This document shows positions 9,967 to 19,258 of a stretch of DNA of 64,000 bases, piece after piece. A model generated the notes under the pieces. The model was not told the origin of the DNA. It saw only the letters and a list, made by a program, of their open reading frames with translations, and did no database searches. Numbering within the stretch: position 1 is the first letter of the stretch; every line of letters begins with the position of its first letter. The position numbers were made by a program, and so were the translations under genes. Location: positions 66,386-130,385 of IMG/VR virus record IMGVR_UViG_3300025085_002722; one strand, given 5' to 3'. Source of the DNA: a virus.

Positions 9967-12234
9967 TTACCACTTACGGCAAGACCAGTAACGTGCCTTT
10001 GTCTTTGGTCCTGGGTTATCACAGTTGTGTCTTGCTCTAAAACTCTTTCTGGCTTTAGGGTTTGACTTTCTAATTTTCATTGTTTTACCTTTGGCACTAC
10101 TTCCACCGTGTCCAAAGTTTACTTTTTTAACATTTCCTGTTTTAGGATCTTTCACATATACTTTAAACTTCTTAACATCGCCTTGCATAGGTTTGTTTAG
10201 TTTAACTGTACGCCCTTGGTATTCTGCTTCTTCTAAGCCTGCTAATTTTTTTAATTCTGCTAATTGCTTTTCTTCTTCAACAATGATTTCTTCTGCTAAA
10301 TTATCCCAACCAACTAAAATATTTTCACCAACAACATGTAATACTGGTACAACAATACCTTCGCCTTCTGCTGTTTCGATCATTAGTTCGTCGCCTACTT
10401 GAATGCTTTCTTCGTTTTTGGCTTTTTTCTTTTCAGGCTTATCGTGTTTATCAATTGTTTTAGTGCCAAATGTATCTTCTATTCTTCCTTCGTCTTTTTT
10501 CATTGGGTGTCCTGGATTATATCCTTTAGTCATCATGTGTTGTTGTGCGTAATCTTTATATGCAGTATTAATAGTAATATCGCTACCATAATTATGTGCT
10601 AACATCACATCGTAATAATCTTTATATACTAGTGGAGCACCGTTCTCATCAAATGGTTCACCATTAATTACTGTATATCTAATTTCTTTACCTGTCATAG
10701 GACTTTTGATTTTTTCAACTTTTAATTGTTCATTCATTTCTGCACCTTCTTTCTTGACACAATTATTAACTGTTTTACCAAACATCTTCTTTGTGCCTTT
10801 CTTTTCATAACCTTTCCAGCAACGTTGTCCTTCATTAGTTAAACCTGCGGCTTTCATGCCTTTGGCAACCAAACTGGCTCTTTGTGCTCTGCCCATGTGC
10901 GGATAATCTATAGCCATTTGTTGCATAGCCATTCTTGGATCATCCATATTCATAACCATATTACGAATCTGTTTGATTACTTCTTCGTCACCTGGATAGT
11001 TGTCTTTTGCTTGTTGTCTATCTACATTACGTTTGTCACTTTTAATAATTTCTGCCCAACTGCATTCATCATTTTTGAAAGTCATTTCACCTTCGTCACA
11101 ACCGTAATTGCCCCAACCGTCACAACTGTCTTCTTCTTCCTCGTAGTCTGCATCAGCATATCCACTTCCAGCACAATTAGGACATATACCGTCCTTGACA
11201 TATTGTGCCTCAGTGCGATCACATTGTTCTAATGCATCTTGCATTTCTTGATATGCCTGCTTTCTGTCCTCTTCGTCATAATAACGATCAGGTTCACCAA
11301 TCATACCATCATTTAAATCTACATCTTCGTTATTGACTACTTTTAATTGTGACCTTCTATAATCTTTTAAAAATTTATCTACTTGTTCGTCTGATAGTCT
11401 TGGAAAGTATTCTCTAAAAACTTGTTCTAATTTATCTATGCCATATGCACTTATAATTTGTTTAATAATTTGATCAGCATCTTTATCTGAAACTTCGTTA
11501 ATTCCAACTTTCTTTAATTCTATTTTTTTAGATGGATGTTTCTTTTTCATCTTGTCTTCCATCTCACCTGCGTCTACATAATCCTTAAAACGTACCTGTG
11601 CATCTTTACCGTCAATGTGTATTGCCCATCTACCTTCTTCCTCAGATTCGGCATGCATAGCCGCCATGTGTTTTTTATACTTTGCACTACCTTTTTTATG
11701 TGGTGATTTACCTTCTTCTAAATCTGAAGTGTCTAATTGTGCCATAACATCATCTATAACACTACTGCTATCTATAACATCTAATACACCGCCACTAGCA
11801 AAGTCGCCTATACGTTGTCCACCGTGTTCCATATCTGGATCAACACAATCTTCAACATCTAATCTTTCTAATTCAGTATAAACAGCATTTTCCAAAGCAT
11901 CTATGCTTTCAAATTCGTCTTCACTATCTAAAAACATATCTACTAGTTTTTCAATACATGCATCACGAATAATACTTCTTTCTTCGCCTTCGTTGACATC
12001 TTCTCTTCTGTATTTAGTAACGCCTTTGCCCTGATAACTATCAGGTACTAAACCATATTTTTTCATTTCTGGTTCAATATATTCGTCCTGTACATCTGTG
12101 CCAGCATAAGCAAACTTTTCTTTGGGTTGGCCTGTATCTTTTGCCCACTTTTCCGCGGCATTATGATAAGCATAGTAACTATCATTACTACCTTCTTGAA
12201 CTTTTGTTGCTTCTATAATGGTTCGTAGTTTCAT
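9967..12234 (-). CDS. modular phage protein, putative head-internal polyprotein
   Basis: N-terminus MKLRTIIEA; short modules (CWKGYEKKG...NCVK; AEYQGR...RARHNC...ARYWSC; CPNCAGSG Zn module) separated by hydrophobic-x-E sites; late promoter at 12241-12247. Confidence 0.65.
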   Translation of the reverse strand: MKLRTIIEATKVQEGSNDSYYAYHNAAEKWAKDTGQPKEKFAYAGTDVQDEYIEPEMKKYGLVPDSYQGKGVTKYRREDVNEGEERSIIRDACIEKLVDMFLDSEDEFESIDALENAVYTELERLDVEDCVDPDMEHGGQRIGDFASGGVLDVIDSSSVIDDVMAQLDTSDLEEGKSPHKKGSAKYKKHMAAMHAESEEEGRWAIHIDGKDAQVRFKDYVDAGEMEDKMKKKHPSKKIELKKVGINEVSDKDADQIIKQIISAYGIDKLEQVFREYFPRLSDEQVDKFLKDYRRSQLKVVNNEDVDLNDGMIGEPDRYYDEEDRKQAYQEMQDALEQCDRTEAQYVKDGICPNCAGSGYADADYEEEEDSCDGWGNYGCDEGEMTFKNDECSWAEIIKSDKRNVDRQQAKDNYPGDEEVIKQIRNMVMNMDDPRMAMQQMAIDYPHMGRAQRASLVAKGMKAAGLTNEGQRCWKGYEKKGTKKMFGKTVNNCVKKEGAEMNEQLKVEKIKSPMTGKEIRYTVINGEPFDENGAPLVYKDYYDVMLAHNYGSDITINTAYKDYAQQHMMTKGYNPGHPMKKDEGRIEDTFGTKTIDKHDKPEKKKAKNEESIQVGDELMIETAEGEGIVVPVLHVVGENILVGWDNLAEEIIVEEEKQLAELKKLAGLEEAEYQGRTVKLNKPMQGDVKKFKVYVKDPKTGNVKKVNFGHGGSSAKGKTMKIRKSNPKARKSFRARHNCDNPGPKTKARYWSCRKW

Positions 12235-12239
12235 ACTAC

Positions 12240-12734
12240 TTATTTATCATCTTTTAGCCACATGGCAAGTGAATACCTTTCTCCTGATGTTAGCATCTTA
12301 ACTCCATGTACAGAATCTGTATTTGAAAAAATCACAGCATCACCTTTATTCATTGGAATTACTTTGTTATTATAAACAAAATCTCCACCAGTGTAATCAG
12401 AATTTAATTGTATGATAATTGTTTCTTCTGTAGGGTCTACATGAGGAACACAAAACTCGCCCTCTTGATATCTAATTACATACATTCTGCTATCCATAGC
12501 AGATACTGGCTTTTTTAAAGATTCACTAATTTTTGATAGGATTGTGTGTGATGCATTAAGTTCGATCCTTGTAGGTAATAATTCTAATCTATACCACGTA
12601 TCTAACGGTACTTCTTCTTTTTCTCTATCTATTGCTGGTGCAGTATTAATATCTAATACCGGTAATTGACTAATAAAGTTGTCACATTCAATAGGAGTAA
12701 GAAACTGTTTAATAAATTTATACGGAGTAGGCAT
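12240..12734 (-). CDS. prolyl-4-hydroxylase-like 2OG-Fe(II) oxygenase
   Basis: RYQEGE..VPHVD, LNSDYTGG, HGV..LTSGERYSL. Confidence 0.85.
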   Translation of the reverse strand: MPTPYKFIKQFLTPIECDNFISQLPVLDINTAPAIDREKEEVPLDTWYRLELLPTRIELNASHTILSKISESLKKPVSAMDSRMYVIRYQEGEFCVPHVDPTEETIIIQLNSDYTGGDFVYNNKVIPMNKGDAVIFSNTDSVHGVKMLTSGERYSLAMWLKDDK

Positions 12735-12753
12735 AAATTTATTTATAGATATT

Positions 12754-12963
12754 TTATTCTTCGGATGGCGATTTCCAAACTAATTTTACACCGCGTCTAT
12801 CTAATTCATTACGGCATTTTTGTTTGATTTTAGGTTTTTGACCATTGTTGATATAGTCGATTAATTCTTCTTTAGGAGTGTTTTTAATATAAAAATGTTG
12901 TGTTACTACATTCTTTGTACCACGTACTAGTGTTTTTTGTGTTGGCTTAAATTTAATTGGCAT
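12754..12963 (-). CDS. small hypothetical protein
   Basis: 69-aa ORF; GGGAG SD upstream. Confidence 0.6.
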   Translation of the reverse strand: MPIKFKPTQKTLVRGTKNVVTQHFYIKNTPKEELIDYINNGQKPKIKQKCRNELDRRGVKLVWKSPSEE

Positions 12964-12964
12964 A

Positions 12965-13123
12965 TTATCTCCCTTGTCCTCTGTATTTTTTATGTGATCG
13001 CTTTTTGCTTTTGTTCATAGTCGACATGCTAATCTTAACACGTCTACCGCGACCACCCGCTCCAATGCTAGAACATTTACGGGATCCTACATGTGATGTT
13101 GAATATGCTTTTGATTTTGCCAT
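12965..13123 (-). CDS. small basic protein (52 aa; missed by the ORF track)
   Basis: Hand translation MAKSKAYSTSHVGSRKCSSIGAGGRGRRVKISMSTMNKSKKRSHKKYRGQGR; AGGAG SD; the K..YRGQG end recalls small proteins of aquatic T4-like phages. Confidence 0.7.
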   Translation of the reverse strand: MAKSKAYSTSHVGSRKCSSIGAGGRGRRVKISMSTMNKSKKRSHKKYRGQGR

Positions 13124-13161
13124 CTGTCTCCTTTTGTTGAAATATATTTATGAAAGGAGAT

Positions 13162-13419
13162 TTACTTTTTCTTCTTAAGTTTGGCCACTTCTTTTTCTAA
13201 GTCTACAATTCGCTGTCCTAGTAACGGATATTGCTTTAACCATTTTTCTTCACGAGTAGCAATCTCTAAATCATATCTCTTTGCTACCCATTCCATTGCG
13301 TTATCCATTTTAACTTGGAACCATACACCCATTTTAGTATTTTTAAACCATTGATAAAAACTACTGCCAATTATACTTGATAGTATAGCCTTTAATGATA
13401 AAATTATTAACCAGTTCAT
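13162..13419 (-). CDS. small membrane-anchored protein
   Basis: Start MNWLIILSLKAILSSIIG (ATG 13419) just after the upstream stop; coiled-coil C-terminus. Confidence 0.6.
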   Translation of the reverse strand: MNWLIILSLKAILSSIIGSSFYQWFKNTKMGVWFQVKMDNAMEWVAKRYDLEIATREEKWLKQYPLLGQRIVDLEKEVAKLKKKK

Positions 13420-13420
13420 A

Positions 13421-13723
13421 TTACTTTCCTTTTGTATTGCTGACGTTCTTTGCTTTGCCCTTTCTATTTTTATTAGGGTCATTACGTCTCTTTTTTGATA
13501 CAGCGGCACCAATTGCCTTTTTGCCACCTTTTGCTCTTAAACTTGCGGCTTTTGATTTGCTTAAACACTTAGGCTTACCTTCGCCTTTTTTAGCATCTCC
13601 GCATTTGCCTATTCTTTCGCCTTTGGTGTTGTATCTATCCCAACCGCCACCACCGGCTCCGCCTTTCTTGCCTTTGCCAAACCAGGCTCTTAAGTCTTCT
13701 GTGAGAATTTCGTTAATTAACAT
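13421..13723 (-). CDS. basic phage module protein (WFGK...GGW...GKC...PKC)
   Basis: Start MLINEILTED (ATG 13723); LRAWF..GGW..KCG..GKPKCL motif recalls conserved aquatic-myovirus modules. Confidence 0.7.
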   Translation of the reverse strand: MLINEILTEDLRAWFGKGKKGGAGGGGWDRYNTKGERIGKCGDAKKGEGKPKCLSKSKAASLRAKGGKKAIGAAVSKKRRNDPNKNRKGKAKNVSNTKGK

Positions 13724-13724
13724 C

Positions 13725-13916
13725 TTACTTCTTTTTCTTCTTAGATTTGTTACCCCAATTTTTAGCACCTACTTTACGGCACTTAACTAAGGCTCCACTT
13801 GCGTATGCACTAGGCCACACTTTATATCTGGATTTTACTTTGTGATAGCAGGCGTCTTTTTCGCCTGCCGCTTCGTCGAATTGTTCTTCTGTAATATACC
13901 TAGAGTCGCTTATCTT
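13725..13916 (-). CDS. start-less 63-codon module in the -1 frame of the upstream gene (frameshift extension)
   Basis: Reads KISDSRYITEEQFDEAAGEKDACYHKVKSRYKVWPSAYASGALVKCRKVGAKNWGNKSKKKKK*; fills the whole gap; no usable start; TAG immediately upstream of the A9 run in this frame. Confidence 0.75.
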   Translation of the reverse strand, partial: KISDSRYITEEQFDEAAGEKDACYHKVKSRYKVWPSAYASGALVKCRKVGAKNWGNKSKKKKK

Positions 13917-14665
13917 TTTTTTTGACTATTTCTAAAGTTTGCTCTAGTAATTGGACTGTTAATTGGATTTTTGCTTACCTTTGTATTGATGCTTGCCGGC
14001 TTATTGATGCTTGCCGGCTCACCTAGTTCAATACCGCCTTTTGGTTGTTGCATAGTTTTGCCTGCTCTTTTATATGCTGGTTCATCATACTTTTTGTAAT
14101 CCTGCTTAGGCTTGTTTAAGACTTTTTCGCCTTTTGCTTTATTCTGTGCGTTTTGGAATTCCATTTGATACTTAACTAAGTTTTGCTCAACTGCGGCATA
14201 AGTCTTATTAGGATGATTTTGAACTATATACTGTCTAAATGCGTCGTGATCAAAAACTATGTTTCTTTGAGAGTCTGCTCTTGCTTGTCTTTGAGCAACG
14301 GCAGTTTGTCTTTGATTATACATTCCTGTATCGTCTGCTTCGCCTACCATTTTACCACGCATTTTATTTGGGGATTCATGTCCAGTAGTAGGTTTTACTT
14401 TCATAGTGTTTTTGTCACTAGTCTTTGCATACTTTTTACTTGCATATTTTTCTTTTAATTTGCTTAATATTGGATCGTTATTTTCCACTTCGTCTTCTCC
14501 TAACTTTGATAAGTCAATACTTAAAGGACCTTTTGGCTTTTTAAAATTTTTGTGTTTTTTGCCTGAGACAATCTTCTCAATCTTCTTTGCTTTTCTTACA
14601 CGAGGCATTTCACCACCGTTATTATTGAGTCCTTGTAATCCGTTTAGTGCCTCTTGAATGTTCAT
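13910..14665 (-). CDS. basic modular phage protein ending at an A9 slippery run
   Basis: True start MNIQEAL (ATG 14665, 5 nt after ATAAATA at 14671-14677); P..MRGKMVGE module; ends CAA AAA AAA AGA TAA. Confidence 0.7.
   Translation of the reverse strand: MNIQEALNGLQGLNNNGGEMPRVRKAKKIEKIVSGKKHKNFKKPKGPLSIDLSKLGEDEVENNDPILSKLKEKYASKKYAKTSDKNTMKVKPTTGHESPNKMRGKMVGEADDTGMYNQRQTAVAQRQARADSQRNIVFDHDAFRQYIVQNHPNKTYAAVEQNLVKYQMEFQNAQNKAKGEKVLNKPKQDYKKYDEPAYKRAGKTMQQPKGGIELGEPASINKPASINTKVSKNPINSPITRANFRNSQKKR
13984..14019. repeat. 18-bp tandem duplication within CDS (PASIN repeated at 6-aa period)
   Basis: tattgatgcttgccggct twice. Confidence 0.85.
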
Positions 14666-14699
14666 ACATGTATTTATCTCAGAGATAGAAATTACGGCC

Positions 14700-14730
14700 A
14701 AAAAAATCCCCCTAAAATTAAGGGGGATTT
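14700..14730 (-). terminator. rho-independent terminator
   Basis: AAATCCCCCT/AGGGGGATTT stem with 7-nt loop, followed by a U-tract on the minus strand, after gene 14747-15724. Confidence 0.85.
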
Positions 14731-14746
14731 GATTTCTATCTTTGGA

Positions 14747-15724
14747 TTATAAAGAACCGTTATCTGTAACAAGTCCGTAATCTGTAGGTTGAATAGAACC
14801 TTCTGTTTCAATTTCCACGGAAACTCTGGCTGTACCTGCCGAAGCGGCACCTTGAGTTACCTCTGCAACTAATTGCACCGTTGCACTACTTGGCCATATG
14901 TAATGGAAGTCCGATCTATATTGCCCGGCTGATGTTAAATCAATATCACTCGCCTTAAATAAAAGATCTGTATCAGTGCTAGTACCAACTGTGATTGCAG
15001 TTGTATTATTAGCATCTGCCCAAGCATCGTCAACTTCGATTATAACTGCTGAGGCTCTGACTGCATTATTGACTAGGAATATGTTTGCAGTACCACTATC
15101 GTATGAAACGTTAGCAGTTGCAAATACCAAGCCATTAGCACCAGAACTAGCACCAACACCTTTTGTACCAACATATTGGTGAGCAACTAAAAATACGTTA
15201 CTACTAATACCTGATGGTACATTGTTAGGGAAGTGTAAAACACCTGCCGTATAATCGAACACCCATTCTTGGTTAGAACTTAAAGCATTCATTTTATTTG
15301 AATCGCCTTTAGCATCTGATTCACTAGTGTAAATCTTTGCTAAGTAAGTACTACCAATTGATGGTGGTATAAAGTCTCTTAGTCTATTAGCACTACCTGG
15401 AACAACGTTACCTGTAGGATCTGCTACTGCTAGCCATGTCTTACCTCCTGAAACGGTCGGGTCAGCAACCATTTGGATTGGTTCAGCAACATAACTGCCA
15501 CTAGCCGCGTTTGCACCGTAATATTTTACTGGTGTATCCGCACTACTTGTAGGTGCTGTTGCAGGAATATCTGAGGATTGTTGCCAAACGTCTTGTGCAA
15601 GTGTTAATGTTTCACTCTTGTAAATTTCGTTAGGCCCGTCTTTGCCATCAATGTTTGTTTCGGTTACACCGTAAACAACCTTCTTCCAAAGGAAATCTAA
15701 TTTATCGCTATCTGTAATTGCCAT
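14747..15724 (-). CDS. putative virion structural protein
   Basis: S/T/G/A-rich, beta-strand character; WVFDYTAGVLHF and YVGTKG motifs seen in phage structural proteins. Confidence 0.6.
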   Translation of the reverse strand: MAITDSDKLDFLWKKVVYGVTETNIDGKDGPNEIYKSETLTLAQDVWQQSSDIPATAPTSSADTPVKYYGANAASGSYVAEPIQMVADPTVSGGKTWLAVADPTGNVVPGSANRLRDFIPPSIGSTYLAKIYTSESDAKGDSNKMNALSSNQEWVFDYTAGVLHFPNNVPSGISSNVFLVAHQYVGTKGVGASSGANGLVFATANVSYDSGTANIFLVNNAVRASAVIIEVDDAWADANNTTAITVGTSTDTDLLFKASDIDLTSAGQYRSDFHYIWPSSATVQLVAEVTQGAASAGTARVSVEIETEGSIQPTDYGLVTDNGSL

Positions 15725-15737
15725 TTATCATTCCTCC

Positions 15738-17576
15738 TTAAGAAACACTAATTGCTGATATAGAGTTTGAACTACCTAGTTTAACTCTAACCAAAACAAC
15801 GTTATTGGTGGCGTTTGTTGTGCTTTCTGTACCTAATGTTATCGAAACTGAGCCGGAACTCCCACTTGCGACTGAACCATTACCACAGCCTGCACCATTA
15901 CCTGTACCACCTGGGTTACCTGAGCCATCGTATAATGTAAATGCATCATACCATGCTCCACCAGTTGCGTTAGGTGATGTGCTATTGCTATCACTAACTC
16001 CTGGCAATCCTATATATAGTCCTGAATAAGAACCTGTTATGCTAATACTAAAAGTACTAACGGCTGATTTGGCAAAATAGAATGTCATATACTGAGTAGC
16101 ATCTTTGCCACTGTAGTCTATTGCATTTTCATTTGGCCAATAGCCTGATGTGTAATCAGTTTGATCAGAACTTAAAATACCTGCAACTACTCCAGCCTCG
16201 TGTTCATAACCACTTGCTGTTAAGTCTTGGGTACTGTCCCATGTTAAACTGCTACTTGGAAGGTTACCTGCGCCTAAAGGTGTATCACCTGTCGCACTCG
16301 AACCTAAGTCTACTCTATTACCGCCAGTTGCTCCTGATGGTATAGATATGTTTTGCTCATCAACATCACTGCTTCGCGCCGTGCCTGCTTTGAGTAAGAT
16401 TGTACCGGATATGCTCTGAGAGCCTGATCCGTTTACGTTTGTGCCTGTTACTGTTAATGAACCTGACGTATGTCTATTAGATCCATTTACATTCACTGTT
16501 AAAGCACTCAATGATTGAGCACTTGTTGTTTGTCTGGTTATTGGAGTACTTACGCCTACATCTGAATAGGAATAACTCTGAGAACTAATAATACTATCAG
16601 AACCTGAAACACTTATCGGGTTTCCGTTATAGTATGTTTCTCCTGCCAAATTCGTCATTGTCAAGTTACCAATTGCAACTGCACCACTAGTACCAAAATG
16701 TTCGATACCTGAACTGTATGCTGTTGTACCATTTGTGTCACCTGTAATAGTCCCTGACGCAACTGTTGGTGATCCTGTTAGATCATCTACTACAAAGTAC
16801 ACTTCATTAGTGTCATCTGTATCAGTTTTTGTCATTTGGATTCTATTCCACCCTGTACTCAGGGCCGATGCTATTCTAATTTGAGCATCACTTTCTGTAT
16901 AAAATCCTGGTGTATCACTTGGCGAGTCAGCATGGCCGCTAACTCTTAAATCAGTATAAGTACCATCTTTGTCTGTGCCGTCGAATGTTACACTACCTGA
17001 GGTAGAGCCATTGACTACAGCCGCTAATGTTCCTGAGTCTGATCTAAAGTTGTCTACTTGACTTGAATTTGGAGTAGTATCAGTTACACGAGTCACACTT
17101 GCCCCAGCACTTGCTGGAAGTGTACCTCCGGAGGTTCTATCTGGAACTGAGCCATCTGCAAGATATGGTGAACTTCCTACACTTGAAACTGTTAAAGTTT
17201 CGCTGTTAGGAAAATCTCCAGGTGCTGTTGGTACTAACAATCCTAAAGTTTCATTTAGTGTATCGATCGCACTTGAAATTTTAGTACTATCTGTTAGTGT
17301 AATTGCACCACCGGCATAACTTCCGTCGCCGTATGATGTAACATCTCCCAAACTAATTTGGAATCCATCTGCACTCCCGGCAATACCTGAGTCAAATTGT
17401 GCTTTAGTTACAAAATGACTTGCGGCTGTACCGTTTGCTCCTGAGATTGTGGCCAGTGCTCCAGCGGCAGTCTTAAGGATAACGTTTCCGCCATCGCTCT
17501 CGATTGTATTACCTCTTTTGCCTAATTCTATATTGGCGCCTACACCTTTTAATCCATAATTTTTAGTGTCTGCCAT
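15738..17576 (-). CDS. putative virion structural (tail/baseplate-associated) protein
   Basis: 612 aa, strongly S/T/G-rich; AIDTLNE heptad segment; GGAG SD. Confidence 0.6.
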   Translation of the reverse strand: MADTKNYGLKGVGANIELGKRGNTIESDGGNVILKTAAGALATISGANGTAASHFVTKAQFDSGIAGSADGFQISLGDVTSYGDGSYAGGAITLTDSTKISSAIDTLNETLGLLVPTAPGDFPNSETLTVSSVGSSPYLADGSVPDRTSGGTLPASAGASVTRVTDTTPNSSQVDNFRSDSGTLAAVVNGSTSGSVTFDGTDKDGTYTDLRVSGHADSPSDTPGFYTESDAQIRIASALSTGWNRIQMTKTDTDDTNEVYFVVDDLTGSPTVASGTITGDTNGTTAYSSGIEHFGTSGAVAIGNLTMTNLAGETYYNGNPISVSGSDSIISSQSYSYSDVGVSTPITRQTTSAQSLSALTVNVNGSNRHTSGSLTVTGTNVNGSGSQSISGTILLKAGTARSSDVDEQNISIPSGATGGNRVDLGSSATGDTPLGAGNLPSSSLTWDSTQDLTASGYEHEAGVVAGILSSDQTDYTSGYWPNENAIDYSGKDATQYMTFYFAKSAVSTFSISITGSYSGLYIGLPGVSDSNSTSPNATGGAWYDAFTLYDGSGNPGGTGNGAGCGNGSVASGSSGSVSITLGTESTTNATNNVVLVRVKLGSSNSISAISVS

Positions 17577-17669
17577 TATTTTTTCTCCACTTATATTTTT
17601 AACCGGTTATAGTATATGTGTGTATGTTTGATAAAAGTATTTATCGTAAAACTGCAATAAGTTAGTACT

Positions 17670-18743
17670 ATGGAATTAAATATGTACATGGGCATCTTAG
17701 ATTTAATACCGTTTGACAGTAAGCACAAAGTACAGCAATTCTTAAATGAAAATAATCTTATATATGTATACGATTTAGATTTACCAAACGGTGTCAAAGG
17801 TAGCGAAGAGTGGCGCAAAGAGGATTTAATTAACATACTAGAGCATTGCGACAGCAAAAATATAGACCCAACAACTGTACTAGTACCCGAAAACTCATTT
17901 AGTGTATCATATAATACACCGTTGGTTCATGTACATTGTCCTGCAAATCTTATGATAATAGACGAGTTCGAAACATTGCCCGAATGTGAGCCTACTAAAC
18001 ATTTTAATTATCTAGCAGGAAACTTTCATCATGATAGATTTATGCTACTTGAAGAATTGTATCAAAAAGATTTACTAAAATGTACGCATTGGTCTGCGTA
18101 CAGAAATATTAATACAGATGCTTTCCCAAATCACAACTACACAGAAAATTTTATAGATTTTTGTAAAAACAATATACCAAGAACAATGAAAAACTTAGAG
18201 GTGTATAATAAATTTCCAGAAGACTTGTTAGAGCCTGCACAATATAGAGAAGGCAGTTTTATACTAGATGCCAACAATTCAGATGCAGAAATATTTAAAG
18301 ATAGTGCAGTAACTATTATACTAGATACTTTAGCAAACACTACACCTTCTCTATATAATAGCAAATGGCATGATGTAGAACAAGAACTAGGAAGAACATC
18401 TTTTTATACTAAAAAAATAGTAAAACCTATTTTGCATAAAAGACCATTTATTGCAAGTATTGGCAGAGGAAAAGGCATTAACAAGCAACTCACTGATATG
18501 GGATTTCAAACATTTGATTCTGTTTGGGATGAATCTTATTTTGATGCAGACACACCAAAAGAAAGAGTTGACCGCATAGCAGATTTGTGTTATAATTTAT
18601 CTAAATTAGAAATATCCGAAATACATGATAAAACTAAAGAAATTTGCGAACACAACTACAATGTACTTACAAAAACGGATTGGGTAGAATGGTTTCTGAG
18701 TCAGATACAAACAACTTTACATACACGGCAGGCGATTACATAA
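17670..18743 (+). CDS. glycosyltransferase-like protein (paralog family A)
   Basis: C-terminal K..KPI..KRPFI...L.DMGFQTFDSVWDESY...ICEHN shared with 23876 and 25251. Confidence 0.5.
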   Translation: MELNMYMGILDLIPFDSKHKVQQFLNENNLIYVYDLDLPNGVKGSEEWRKEDLINILEHCDSKNIDPTTVLVPENSFSVSYNTPLVHVHCPANLMIIDEFETLPECEPTKHFNYLAGNFHHDRFMLLEELYQKDLLKCTHWSAYRNINTDAFPNHNYTENFIDFCKNNIPRTMKNLEVYNKFPEDLLEPAQYREGSFILDANNSDAEIFKDSAVTIILDTLANTTPSLYNSKWHDVEQELGRTSFYTKKIVKPILHKRPFIASIGRGKGINKQLTDMGFQTFDSVWDESYFDADTPKERVDRIADLCYNLSKLEISEIHDKTKEICEHNYNVLTKTDWVEWFLSQIQTTLHTRQAIT

Positions 18744-19258
18744 AAACAAACGTCGGGTGGAATCCTCCGGACCTCAAAACTTTTTGCAAGTTTGCAACTA
18801 AACATCTAGTAAATGCGTTTCCAAAACATGATATTTTTATGCATGGGGCATTCCCTTATGAACCTACATGGGACGTAGATATAGCAATAATAGGCGAACC
18901 CACAGACGAAGCAGGTAAAACCATAATAGACTTGACAAACATCAGTCTAAACGAGTATAATATGCTTGTGGATATTACAATATATGAAACACCTGCAATA
19001 TTCGAAGGTATGTATACATACAATCAAACAGGTGATGTTAGTAAACTAGGTAGAACAGATATGTATAAGCCATTTTACGAAATATATAAAAACGGAGAGC
19101 CAATGCATTACTCAAAACGTAAAGTTGAAAAAATTTCAGAACATTTGTACAAACATTACACTTCGTTAGAAGAACCACAACTAAAATTTAAACAACATAA
19201 AAAATACATATATGAAGCAAAACATATATCAACATTCCTAAAGGTGCATAATGTTTAA
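18689..19258 (+). CDS. Pol-beta-type nucleotidyltransferase-like protein
   Basis: HGAF....TWDVDIAIIG (G...DxD) and later LVDI. Confidence 0.5.
   Translation: MVSESDTNNFTYTAGDYIKTNVGWNPPDLKTFCKFATKHLVNAFPKHDIFMHGAFPYEPTWDVDIAIIGEPTDEAGKTIIDLTNISLNEYNMLVDITIYETPAIFEGMYTYNQTGDVSKLGRTDMYKPFYEIYKNGEPMHYSKRKVEKISEHLYKHYTSLEEPQLKFKQHKKYIYEAKHISTFLKVHNV

Noticed and set aside
10025-11881. Plus-strand ORFs inside 9967-12234, and similar antisense ORFs throughout the track
   Set aside because: Shadow ORFs opposite well-supported genes, with no motifs or initiation signals.
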